A stretch of DNA of 64,000 bases from a virus, in the IMG/VR virus record IMGVR_UViG_3300042731_011014, positions 96,001-160,000 of that record; one strand, given 5' to 3'. This document shows positions 20,319-30,059 of this stretch, piece after piece. The position numbers and the translations under genes were made by a program. The notes below the pieces were generated by a model, which saw only the letters and a list, made by a program, of their open reading frames with translations, was not told the origin of the DNA and did no database searches. Each line of letters begins with the position of its first letter. The stretch's first letter is position 1.

Positions 20319-21712
20319 ATTGCTACCTTAGCATTCCCGCCACCACCACCTTCAGGTTTCTTTTGACTACCTCCAGCCGCGTTTTTTTCACCCTTTGCCT
20401 TTTTTGATACAAGATCTTTATTAACCCCTAAACTAATACCTTTAATACTCATATTGTACCCACCAGACCCAACATCATGGCTAACATTTATGACTCTATA
20501 ATTACCAGATAGCCAAGAAGATCCGAACTCAAACGCAACAATAGATCCAGGATCAGCTACATTTGGAACCCCAATAGTATCAAACTCTAGCGTAACACCA
20601 GCAACACCAAACATGCCATTGATATACAATGAATCAGCTATATCCTTACTATCCCTCTCCTCTCTTGGAGGTCTCGGAAACATCTTACCAGCGTCTCTTT
20701 TATCTTCCTTTATCTTACCTACAAAAATTCCATCTTCATCTTTTATCGTCGATCCAACATCTGAGTTAGATAACTCACCGCCATCGTTAATTGTTTTTAC
20801 CTTTGTTGTTTTTGCTCCAGCCTCAACTTTAACTGATTTTTTCTTATTTAGAGATAAATGCTGGACAACCGCATCCCCCTTTTTTGCGGCAAATAGAGAA
20901 TTAAGAGGTAGATTTACAGATCCAGTAATTGGAAACACATTATCTTTTCCAAATTCCCCAGAATGATAGACAAACTTAATCTTGGGCTCTATCTCCGCCA
21001 TTTTTAGCCAAGAATAAATAACCAAAGTATTTCCTCGCAACTCAGGTGTAGCAAGATTATAAGCGCAAAGCCACTCAATATAATCCCACCCGCTAAGACC
21101 AGATATAATATAACTATTTTTCTTTTCAGTAAACCTCTTCATTTCGCCTGGAGGGGATGATTCTGCACCGGGCATATATATGGGGCCATGCCATCCATTT
21201 CTTTTAACAAGTACCTTGATAATATCTTCAGCAGAATGTTGCTTAGGTAATCCAGTCTCAGATCCACCAAATACCTTAGCAGCCGTAGCAGACTGAGCAA
21301 ACTTATTAAGCCCCTTAGCATTTAATGTTATATCAATCATTTGACCAAGAGTTATACTAGGTGGATCCATTGACACATTAAGCCAATCTGTTTGATGTAA
21401 TGCGTCTGAAGCATACCCCCATCTAACTGATAATCTATTGTGCAATTTAACAAACTCATTTAATCCACTATACCCTCCCACACTAGGATCACCTAATAAT
21501 GCTAAACCCATATCTCGGTTCATCGGCTTCAATGAAACAGAAACCATTGAACTAGATGGTGTCAGCTTAACTGAAAGGGATTCAGCTATCGGAACATGGT
21601 AAAAATCCAATCCTGGATTTTCTCTACTGCCAGGGGTTAAAATAAGCTTTTTCTTATCGGGCGTTACAATCATCGCCTCAAAAAAAGGACTGAAAAAATC
21701 ATACGCTGCCAT
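20315..21712 (-). CDS. Baseplate hub (gp27 / late control D-like)
   Basis: Position between the LysM-like gene and the spike; C-terminal GVPNVADPGSIVAFEFGSSWLSGNYRVINVSHDVGSGGY. Confidence 0.75.
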   Translation of the reverse strand: MAAYDFFSPFFEAMIVTPDKKKLILTPGSRENPGLDFYHVPIAESLSVKLTPSSSMVSVSLKPMNRDMGLALLGDPSVGGYSGLNEFVKLHNRLSVRWGYASDALHQTDWLNVSMDPPSITLGQMIDITLNAKGLNKFAQSATAAKVFGGSETGLPKQHSAEDIIKVLVKRNGWHGPIYMPGAESSPPGEMKRFTEKKNSYIISGLSGWDYIEWLCAYNLATPELRGNTLVIYSWLKMAEIEPKIKFVYHSGEFGKDNVFPITGSVNLPLNSLFAAKKGDAVVQHLSLNKKKSVKVEAGAKTTKVKTINDGGELSNSDVGSTIKDEDGIFVGKIKEDKRDAGKMFPRPPREERDSKDIADSLYINGMFGVAGVTLEFDTIGVPNVADPGSIVAFEFGSSWLSGNYRVINVSHDVGSGGYNMSIKGISLGVNKDLVSKKAKGEKNAAGGSQKKPEGGGGGNAKVAI

Positions 21713-21713
21713 A

Positions 21714-22025
21714 CTATTCCTTTGATCTTAGGACAGCCCCGATAACTCTATTTCTATTCGGTATCCTAATTTTTTTACCCTTAAAAATCCCAAAAGGAGC
21801 AATCATAAGCTCATTTGCCTGCATTATTACCCAATATAATGAAGGATCTCCATAATATTTATAAGCAAGAAGATCCATCCTAGTATTCTCCTCAACAGTT
21901 ATGAAAATATCATCATCTTGCTCTGGGAAATCTTGGACAATTGGTGCCTCAAAAAACTCAACACCATCCTCAAGCCTTAACTCTGTTAAATTTAATCGAC
22001 TATTTACACTAACTGTTACAGCCAT
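21714..22025 (-). CDS. LysM-like baseplate protein (tail X / gp53-like)
   Basis: RMDLLAYKYYGDPSLYWVIMQAN...GKKIRIP. Confidence 0.85.
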   Translation of the reverse strand: MAVTVSVNSRLNLTELRLEDGVEFFEAPIVQDFPEQDDDIFITVEENTRMDLLAYKYYGDPSLYWVIMQANELMIAPFGIFKGKKIRIPNRNRVIGAVLRSKE

Positions 22026-22304
22026 AGATAATTCTCACTTACAGTGACATAAGGTGGAATAAAATATTCATTTTTGACAAAAACCCATATTTTATAAGTA
22101 TTATCATGCTTTTTCTACACTTACATTATCAAACCATCTAAACCGTCCTAAGTCACATTTTAACCTTTTAGCCTCCTTGATGGCTTCATTTTTTGTCATT
22201 AAAACAATCTCCTTTTTCTAACTACTACCTCACCAATCCAAAAAAAGTAAATAGATTAAAAAACACCACAATTACAACAACTACAACCTTGATAATCTCA
22301 ATTA

Positions 22305-25300
22305 CTATGTAAACCCTCCAAAATCTGAAAACTCACCACTGTCAGCCCTTGCTGCATCCATGAACTTATCAAACTTACCTTTTATAACAATTGGCTGTTT
22401 GGCTATAATCATAATCGCACTTCTAAGCATAGATACCTGATTTGCAAGTGCCGAAATTTGATCCGAAACAGATGATGGTATAGAACCACGTTCGCCCATA
22501 GTAACATCCTGTTCATCCGCGCCTTTACCATTAACAAATCTTTGAACAGTAAGATCGGCAGGTTTAGATGCAACATAATCCTCAGATGTTCTTATTCCAG
22601 TCTCCTTACTCACAACCATCGCTCCTGGTATAATCTTTTGCTCAGGAACAAGAGCATCAATCACCTTCGGTTGTTCCGGCTTGACGATTTCCCTATCAGC
22701 TTTAACCCTTACAGGTTTTTTCATAATAACTTTCTTAGGTTTCCATAACGCCTTCAACTGTTCCGGCTTAGTAACATCTTTTTTAACCTTGATTTTTGCA
22801 GGTTTTTCAGCAATAGTTTTTTTAGGCTTTTCAACTATCTCAGTAGATACAGGAGCGACAATCTTCTTTCTCTCCAACATTTTGCTTATATCATCAAACT
22901 CCTTTTTCTTCATCTTCACACCAGGACTGATAGATATTTCATCCTTACCTAGTTTAGTCTCAATCAATTTTTTAGTTTTCTTAAGATCATCCTCATCAGG
23001 GGAGATTCTTATTTTTCGCATTTTACCAAGTAGAGCCTCAGTTTGCTTTTTATCAAAGCCAAGTGCCTCGCTAGTTTTAGTTACTGCAACCCTAAACTGA
23101 TCAACACGTTTCATTTCCTCTTTTGTTAAAGGCCCTACTCTGCTCATTAAGGCAGTCGTCTCATTAATAGACTTTGCAGATATACCGAAATCCTCTTTAA
23201 TTCTACCAACAACCTTTTGTACTGGACCGAACTCCATATCAAATCTAACCATTTTTTGGAGCCCTTTAGCCATCTCATTCATTTCATCTCGGCTGGCACC
23301 TTTAATACCAGACCCGGCAAGCATTTCTTTAAACCAGTTTTCGCCACCCACCTCCATACCTTTCAACATTTCAATCTTGGCGGCCGTACTGTAACCGGTC
23401 ATACTCTTAAAAAATGCACCTACACGATCCTCTATTTTCTCACCCGCATCCCATCCATGTTTAGCAACTGAATCGTTGAATTTATCAAGTTCACTTTTTG
23501 GCATCTTGATCCCAGGGGCCACAGTAATCGTATATTCCTCTGGAATACCACTATTTAATGCCATGGTAACTTGTTCAAAATCTTTTCTAGTTGGCGGCTC
23601 GATCTTTGCTTTTGTATCACCTGAAGGTCTTCCTGGTGCAGCTCCCCCACCAAAACCGCCACCGCCTCCAAATCCACTCGCCATAGGTTTATCACTTCTT
23701 GGTTTACTTGGTTTTGGCTTAGGCTTGGGCTTGCTTATTTTTTCAATATCGTTTTGGAATTTCTTCTGAATATCAACCTTTATTTTTGCTTTTGCCTTTT
23801 CAGTGTCTTTTGATTTTCTAATCTCTGTCCTGCCAGGTATCCCCTTATCAGCTTCAGAAATCATACGACGATCACGCAAAACCTGTTTCGCATATTGCTT
23901 CCTCGCACTTTTTCTTTCTTTATCAAAAGAATTTAATACTATTTTTTCCTGCTCTTTTGCTTTCATTATATTGGCTAGCGCCTCGTCGGATGATGATGCC
24001 TGCCTCTTAACCTCTTCCCGTCTACTTTTCTCAGTTGCTTTATCTCTTTTTTTAATACCATCATCCCAGACCTGCTCTAACGTCCTACCAGTCCTTTTCA
24101 TTTCGGATTCCATTTTATCAAGGCCAAGAGATTTCTTAATAACATCCAACTTAGGAGTAAATGAAGGCAATGAACTAACAAATTTTAAAATCCCATATCT
24201 AACCTTATCTATCAAAAAAGTAAAAGCATCACTTAAAGACCATACCATTTTTGTAAATACAAGCTTTATTCCGGCAATAGCATCAATGAACATGTGCTTA
24301 AACTTCAACCATCCAATATTTAATTTTGATGTTAGTTTAAACCAAACTTCTTTTATTCCTACTATTGACTCTTTAAAAGATAATTTAATCCCGCTCCAAA
24401 CAATTGACGCATATCCCATAAATTTAGTTATAGTGTTAGACATAACATCAACCATAGACTCCCATAACCCTTTGGCTGTTTCAGCAGATACCCCGACCAT
24501 TTGAAGTATTCCAGAAAAAACACTCTGAGAGACCGACAGCGCCTTGTCCCCGGTTGACATAATTGGATTTTCAATCGCTGCCATCACTTCGCTAGCTACC
24601 CCAGGTAGAACCCTAAAAGCTTGAATAATCAATCCAACAGCAAGTGTACCTTTTAAACCGATTGTTTTAAATATTCCAAAAGCAATGCTTCCAAGCTTAC
24701 CAATTCCACCCATGAGTAATGGTAAAAAATTAAACAACTTTCTAGGTGATGCCAAAAGTCCAAAGGCAAAGGCTCCGCCAATCACTTTGGCCGCATCTCC
24801 AACTTTATCGCCAAATGATTTACTGTCATCATTCCACCATTGGCCAATCTTATCCCATAGTCTTGCTAATCCATCCTTTACCGCCTTAGCTAAGGCACGA
24901 CCTAATCCACCCACAGCCTTGCTTAACCCTTTTTCCATTGGGTCTTTCATACTTTCCGCGCCGGCCTCAACCTTCTTTTTTTCACTAGATCCAAATAATC
25001 CGTCCCATAAGCCAGAAAAAAGCTTCATAATTAAGTTAGATAGCCATTTAGTGGCTTTTACAATTCCCTTACCAATCTTTCCAAAAACCTCACCCCAGTC
25101 CACTTGGCCAATTCTCTCTGAAATCTTATCTATCGACCTAGTTAAAATCGTACTAATTGCGGCAAACATCTTGCTAGCAACTCGTGATCCCGCAGTCTCA
25201 GCCTTTTTTTCTGCCTTCTTATCGCCAAATAACGCATCCCACGCGTCAGATAAAAAAATTCCAATTCTGTCAAAAGACCAATCGATTGCCCTGATTATTG

Positions 25301-27287
25301 AGCCTGAAACCTTATCAGCAAACTTGATCCAATTAACCTGATCGAGTTGTTTAACCACCCAATCAAACATTCTACCAATCAAATCGACACCTGTCTTGAA
25401 AGTATCGACAGCAAAACTCCATGCCCTCTTAAGTCCTTCAGCTACAATCATTCCAACTTTTTTCCAGGGTCCATCACCGGCTAACCCAATAGAATTAGCA
25501 ATATCCTTGACCCATTGCGGACCGAATTTCTTAGCAAACTTAAGTAATTCATTAGGCATCTTCGTGCCAAACATTTCTTTTGCTTTGCTTGTTCCTTCCT
25601 TGCCAGCGCTACTAATAGCTTTTCCGATCAAACCAATCCCACCGACAACCAGGCCAGCCGGTCCAACAATTTTAAGAAGTCTTCCAGGCATTCCACCTAA
25701 CATAGAGTTAAACACATCAAACGGAGCTCCTAATGGGGAAATTACCTTACCAAGCATGTTAAAGTTAAATCCCATATTAGTTAGCGCGGTTATAAATTGG
25801 GCGTTCTTTTGGATAACTTGAAACGCACTATCTGCGAACTCACCAAGAGCGCCAGCCGCCGGGCCTATTGCAGACATTAACCCAGAGAATCCGGCTATCC
25901 TAAGTTTAATCATGGCTTTGGTCATCCCGGCTATTGGGCCATCACCTGAAGCAAGGGTCCCCGCAACGTCCTGAATCATCTTAAACGCCTTCCTCTGCCG
26001 CGCTATCAGCTTATTAGCATCTAATCCCCCTATTTCCCTCATAGCTATCTTGTGGGATTCTTCCATTCTCTGCATGCGCTCTTCGAACGTTCTACCTGTC
26101 TTATGGCCTATTTTTCCTATCTCCTGAAACGCCCCTTTTACGTCACCTGCTGCGGTAACTGAACTTCCACCTAGCGCCTCAATGGTAGATCCAAGGCCGC
26201 CAAGCTCACCGCTCATGCGTTCAAGTAATTTATGGATATCTGGACCAACAGTTGAAATAAGTGATTCTCGCAGCTTCATAGCAATTGGACTAAAATTACC
26301 ACCTTTCTTTTCAAGCTCACCAATATACTTAACAAAATCAACGGGTGACTGAGATAATTTCAAAAATAGCGAATCTAAACTACCAGTGTGGCTAGCGATT
26401 GTTTTCATCTCTTCACTGAGATCGGTTCCATCCGTTACTAGCCCCCTCCACTGGTCTTGCATTCCTAACATACCCTCAACAACCTTTGATGCTGATGCAG
26501 TAGCCTCACTCATACCTTTGCCGAGGTTTTTCTTTATCATGGTCGCCAAGGCACCTACGCCTTTAATGGCCTGAGATGGGTCCATCCTGAACCGTTCAGG
26601 TATAGCACGTTGTGCCTCATCAATCTTAGCGTACAAATCAGGCATCATCTTAAGTGTTGCGCTAACATCGCCTGCTCTCTTACCTGTTGCAGTCATCTGA
26701 TCCATAAACTTACGGAATTCCTTGACACCGTCCTTTCCGGCCGCATTAAAATCACGGATCATCTGTTTACCAAAAGATCCTATTTCTTTGGGATCTAAAT
26801 CTAAAACATCAAATGTTTTAAGAACCTGCTCATAAGAATCACCATACGCCTTAGTCAAATCTTTGCTTCCATCCTTTAGCGCCTTAAAAAGTCCAGTAGC
26901 CTTCCCAGCATCGATATTTAGATCAACAACTGCACTTTTTATCCTTTTTCCCCACATTGCGGCTTCTTTGCTGGTAAGATTCATATTAGCCGCGGTTTTA
27001 CTAAACTCCTTATTCATTTGGATAGCTTGTTGCTCAAGGCCAGTTGTTAACGATAGCCCGGCCATACCATCACCTATCCCAGAAATCTTCTCTGAGATCT
27101 CACTCAATTTTGAGACCGACCAGCTATTGATGATTGTATTAAACTTGGATGCTCCAGCTATAGCCTCAAGCTTACTGAAAGCCGATTCTAGGAGCCCAAA
27201 TGACTTGGAGGCATTATCGGCCACCCTAGACACTCCATCATCTCTAGCGCCAAATATGAAGCCCAGACCAGCAAAATTAAAACCCAT
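22305..27287 (-). CDS. Tape measure protein
   Basis: 1660 aa, helical, Ala/Gly/Lys/Met-rich with aromatic periodicity; upstream of the baseplate genes. Confidence 0.85.
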   Translation of the reverse strand: MGFNFAGLGFIFGARDDGVSRVADNASKSFGLLESAFSKLEAIAGASKFNTIINSWSVSKLSEISEKISGIGDGMAGLSLTTGLEQQAIQMNKEFSKTAANMNLTSKEAAMWGKRIKSAVVDLNIDAGKATGLFKALKDGSKDLTKAYGDSYEQVLKTFDVLDLDPKEIGSFGKQMIRDFNAAGKDGVKEFRKFMDQMTATGKRAGDVSATLKMMPDLYAKIDEAQRAIPERFRMDPSQAIKGVGALATMIKKNLGKGMSEATASASKVVEGMLGMQDQWRGLVTDGTDLSEEMKTIASHTGSLDSLFLKLSQSPVDFVKYIGELEKKGGNFSPIAMKLRESLISTVGPDIHKLLERMSGELGGLGSTIEALGGSSVTAAGDVKGAFQEIGKIGHKTGRTFEERMQRMEESHKIAMREIGGLDANKLIARQRKAFKMIQDVAGTLASGDGPIAGMTKAMIKLRIAGFSGLMSAIGPAAGALGEFADSAFQVIQKNAQFITALTNMGFNFNMLGKVISPLGAPFDVFNSMLGGMPGRLLKIVGPAGLVVGGIGLIGKAISSAGKEGTSKAKEMFGTKMPNELLKFAKKFGPQWVKDIANSIGLAGDGPWKKVGMIVAEGLKRAWSFAVDTFKTGVDLIGRMFDWVVKQLDQVNWIKFADKVSGSIIRAIDWSFDRIGIFLSDAWDALFGDKKAEKKAETAGSRVASKMFAAISTILTRSIDKISERIGQVDWGEVFGKIGKGIVKATKWLSNLIMKLFSGLWDGLFGSSEKKKVEAGAESMKDPMEKGLSKAVGGLGRALAKAVKDGLARLWDKIGQWWNDDSKSFGDKVGDAAKVIGGAFAFGLLASPRKLFNFLPLLMGGIGKLGSIAFGIFKTIGLKGTLAVGLIIQAFRVLPGVASEVMAAIENPIMSTGDKALSVSQSVFSGILQMVGVSAETAKGLWESMVDVMSNTITKFMGYASIVWSGIKLSFKESIVGIKEVWFKLTSKLNIGWLKFKHMFIDAIAGIKLVFTKMVWSLSDAFTFLIDKVRYGILKFVSSLPSFTPKLDVIKKSLGLDKMESEMKRTGRTLEQVWDDGIKKRDKATEKSRREEVKRQASSSDEALANIMKAKEQEKIVLNSFDKERKSARKQYAKQVLRDRRMISEADKGIPGRTEIRKSKDTEKAKAKIKVDIQKKFQNDIEKISKPKPKPKPSKPRSDKPMASGFGGGGGFGGGAAPGRPSGDTKAKIEPPTRKDFEQVTMALNSGIPEEYTITVAPGIKMPKSELDKFNDSVAKHGWDAGEKIEDRVGAFFKSMTGYSTAAKIEMLKGMEVGGENWFKEMLAGSGIKGASRDEMNEMAKGLQKMVRFDMEFGPVQKVVGRIKEDFGISAKSINETTALMSRVGPLTKEEMKRVDQFRVAVTKTSEALGFDKKQTEALLGKMRKIRISPDEDDLKKTKKLIETKLGKDEISISPGVKMKKKEFDDISKMLERKKIVAPVSTEIVEKPKKTIAEKPAKIKVKKDVTKPEQLKALWKPKKVIMKKPVRVKADREIVKPEQPKVIDALVPEQKIIPGAMVVSKETGIRTSEDYVASKPADLTVQRFVNGKGADEQDVTMGERGSIPSSVSDQISALANQVSMLRSAIMIIAKQPIVIKGKFDKFMDAARADSGEFSDFGGFT

Positions 27288-27301
27288 GTCAAACCCCTAA
27301 A

Positions 27302-28069
27302 CTAATTTGCCACAGTTAATCTTCTCTCTAGCTTTTCAGCAAAATCCATTCTATCTTTAATAAAATCCTTAAATGCTAATATAAACAAGTCTTTATCTGC
27401 TAACGTATAAATATCAGTATCATAACCATGTTTCTTTTTATATAATTTTTTCAAGATTTTACTGAAAATATTACTATATTTCTTTATCTCACTATCAAGT
27501 AAACCGTTATCCTTAAGAAAAGAATCGACGCTAATCACCAATCTATCATCCCAGACTAAACCTTTTTCATCGCTATTCTCATACGTTCCAATACTTGCAC
27601 TAGTTAATGCAGATAGCTCATGCTCGGCTACACGCCTAATATTGTCAGGTAAATTTCTTTTTGATAAAACATTCATATATTTAATTACAAGATTATGCCT
27701 CTTAATATCTTCAATATTGTTTGTTTCAAAGAAAAGTTTCCTAAGAACTTTAGATGCCTCTTTCTGATAGGCCTCAAGTTTTAATCTGACATGACTTGCT
27801 ACCTTATTAGCGTTAATTGTTGCTAGCCACATGGGAAGGGAATCTAGGTCAATCATAAAAATTCCTTGTTTTCGACCACTTGCATCGTGTGAGGTAATGA
27901 TAACTACACATGCCCATTCCTTTTCTTGCAACTTTTTCATCTGAGATTTTGAATCAATCCCCAATGCTTCACACACCCTACGGACACTAATCCAAAGGGT
28001 TTCATTGTCTTTAATCACTTCCAAATTATCGCCCTGGAAGTTAAACTTCGTTAATTCTTTACCTGTCAT
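27302..28069 (-). CDS. ant: Phage antirepressor (P22 Ant N-terminal-like domain)
   Basis: FNFQGDNLEVI...ISVRRVCEALGID...IDLDSLPMWLATINANKV...LKLEAYQKEASKVL. Confidence 0.8.
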   Translation of the reverse strand: MTGKELTKFNFQGDNLEVIKDNETLWISVRRVCEALGIDSKSQMKKLQEKEWACVVIITSHDASGRKQGIFMIDLDSLPMWLATINANKVASHVRLKLEAYQKEASKVLRKLFFETNNIEDIKRHNLVIKYMNVLSKRNLPDNIRRVAEHELSALTSASIGTYENSDEKGLVWDDRLVISVDSFLKDNGLLDSEIKKYSNIFSKILKKLYKKKHGYDTDIYTLADKDLFILAFKDFIKDRMDFAEKLERRLTVAN

Positions 28070-28433
28070 CGTACCTCTCTACAAAAAAACAAACGTGAAG
28101 ACCATTATAGCTCTTTTTCTCTTTTACTTCTATCCCCAAACCCAAAAATTTTCTTCCTTTTAGGGAAAAATCTGATCAACTCTTTTTCTCTCCCTTTCAT
28201 TCTCTTTTCCTAGTCCCTATAGGGCACTCAATAACTAGGCGATGTACTAAAGAAAAAATGCAATAATTTCATACCGCTACCAGCGGATAATGAAATTGTG
28301 TTGTCAAATTCGAGCCTTAGCGAAAAATTTGACCAAAATTTGTATTCTTATATTAGTATTATTAGAGCACGGAATCAACCGGGGTAACATGAGGAAAATA
28401 TTATAAAAACCGCCCCAGATCGGTGGCTGAAAA

Positions 28434-28505
28434 GTGACATATTTGTCACTACTTAATGACATATTTGTCACTTTTACAATTCATTAAAAATGACATATTT
28501 GTCAC
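28434..28505. repeat. Three copies of the palindrome TGACA-TATT-TGTCA(C); candidate operators or iterons
   Basis: Copies start at 28435, 28457 and 28491; half-sites near 28540 and 28601; AT-rich non-coding context. Confidence 0.85.
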
Positions 28506-28664
28506 TTTTTTAAGTTTATCAAATTTAAAGGATTTTAGAGTGTGACACACTACCTGAATTTTATTTTGTATCGGTAGATACAGTTTTTTTAATTTTTAAT
28601 GTGTCACTTTTTAAAAGAAGGGATCTATTAGATTTCAAAAATAATGTATTTGCAGATACTAAAT

Positions 28665-28988
28665 TTAGTGTTCACCTATGTGGTCCTCACCTAATTTATG
28701 AAGAATAACGCGGAGTATCCAGCACCATCCTGAACTAATAAATCCACATGCAACCAAATTGATGGCTGTAATATAAAAATCATCATGTGACTTAATAAAT
28801 TCTATATCTGGGACTTGTACATGCGGTATATTATAGGAACCAACTGCACTCACTAGTATGCCAACCCAAAACCCAAAACACATTGGACACCTGAACACTT
28901 GGAATCTCCTTAGCGGCTCAAATAGCTTGCCACCTGTTACGGAGTTTGTAATCCCAAAGCAAATCATCAAGAAAACAATAAAATTCAT
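28665..28988 (-). CDS. Small membrane protein (DUF1360-like)
   Basis: Three hydrophobic segments and a CPMCFGFW motif. Confidence 0.6.
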   Translation of the reverse strand: MNFIVFLMICFGITNSVTGGKLFEPLRRFQVFRCPMCFGFWVGILVSAVGSYNIPHVQVPDIEFIKSHDDFYITAINLVACGFISSGWCWILRVILHKLGEDHIGEH

Positions 28989-29221
28989 TTTATTCCTTTT
29001 TTTCGATCCTCAATTACCTCTTTTGGTACTTTTATAACCTGTTCTAGTGGCATTTTTATATGGTAGATATCGCCTTTATAATCGAAGACAATTTTCATGT
29101 ATTTTTTACCATCATATTTTATTGATGGTTTATATCTTTTGTCTTCGACGATATCAGCCGATATAGCAAAATCAATTACTTCCACATCGATTTTTTCTCT
29201 TTTTCTATCGTATTTCGACAT
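28985..29221 (-). CDS. Hypothetical protein
   Basis: 78 aa, overlaps its neighbours in operon fashion. Confidence 0.6.
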   Translation of the reverse strand: MSKYDRKREKIDVEVIDFAISADIVEDKRYKPSIKYDGKKYMKIVFDYKGDIYHIKMPLEQVIKVPKEVIEDRKKGIK

Positions 29222-29447
29222 AGGTTTTACAACACGATTTACTATGACCGATAGGTGGTATTTCCCATTTTTTTTTCGGCAGGTTTATGTGTTCAATTTG
29301 ACTTGGAAGTTCAATCATGTCGTCATCCCAGTTAGTCCTAATATCGTCTCTTTTTCTGAAAGGAATTTCTTCCTCTCTTTTGTGTGGGATCTCTTGCCCC
29401 GGTTTCTCTTGATTATATAACATATCCTTCTCGCAATTGTTAATCAA
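29205..29447 (-). CDS. Hypothetical protein
   Basis: 80 aa, coupled to its neighbours. Confidence 0.55.
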   Translation of the reverse strand: MINNCEKDMLYNQEKPGQEIPHKREEEIPFRKRDDIRTNWDDDMIELPSQIEHINLPKKKWEIPPIGHSKSCCKTYVEIR

Positions 29448-29850
29448 CCAGTGACGCTGGTTGCGGTATTGACTTTACTTTTTCCTTTATGTTTAATTTA
29501 ATTATCGAATCAATAGGATCACCATTGGACTTAGTTTCATGGTACATATCTATCACTTCAATTCTTTCTACATCAGCCAAAAAATACTTTAGCTCTTCCA
29601 GTTTTTGCTTAATATGAAGGGCTTTATCGTCATGCCATTTTGTTACCCATTGAGGGTTAGATCCGATACGCGATTCCTTTATTGAACTTTCCTCACTAAA
29701 ATATTCCCAATTCTTATCTGATACTGAAAAAATCAATTTAAGATCTCTATTACGTATTTTCAACTGTCCGCAATCATCAACCTCTGCCTCAAGTCCTTCT
29801 ACTTTTAAATACTTTTCAGATCCATGCATTTTTACAATAAACTTTTTCAT
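29440..29850 (-). CDS. Hypothetical protein
   Basis: 136 aa; its ATG overlaps the TAA of the -1 frame extension (TAATG). Confidence 0.6.
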   Translation of the reverse strand: MKKFIVKMHGSEKYLKVEGLEAEVDDCGQLKIRNRDLKLIFSVSDKNWEYFSEESSIKESRIGSNPQWVTKWHDDKALHIKQKLEELKYFLADVERIEVIDMYHETKSNGDPIDSIIKLNIKEKVKSIPQPASLVD

Positions 29851-30059
29851 TATCTCCGTCTCCTAGATCTAGCTGATGTGGCAGCCGATACCCTCGCAGA
29901 TTTGATTTTTTCTGTTTTAACTTGTTCTATTTCATGTTTCTTCAAACATATTCTCATGCGTCTGGAAACAGGCATTCCCATAATTGTATCATACTGCTGG
30001 TGCAGTGTTTCCATCAAGAAGAATAACTGATCTTCTAACCCATCTATGTCTCCGACGGG
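29850..30059 (-). CDS. -1 frameshift extension of the tail assembly chaperone (G/GT-type)
   Basis: Hand translation of the -1 frame after the slippery run: PVGDIDGLEDQLFFLMETLHQQYDTIMGMPVSRRMRICLKKHEIEQ...RSRRRR*; stop overlaps the next ATG. Confidence 0.8.
   Translation of the reverse strand, partial: PVGDIDGLEDQLFFLMETLHQQYDTIMGMPVSRRMRICLKKHEIEQVKTEKIKSARVSAATSARSRRRR

Noticed and set aside
28434-28505. Possible CRISPR array
   Set aside because: Repeats are only 15 bp, with spacers of 7 and 19 nt; no cas genes
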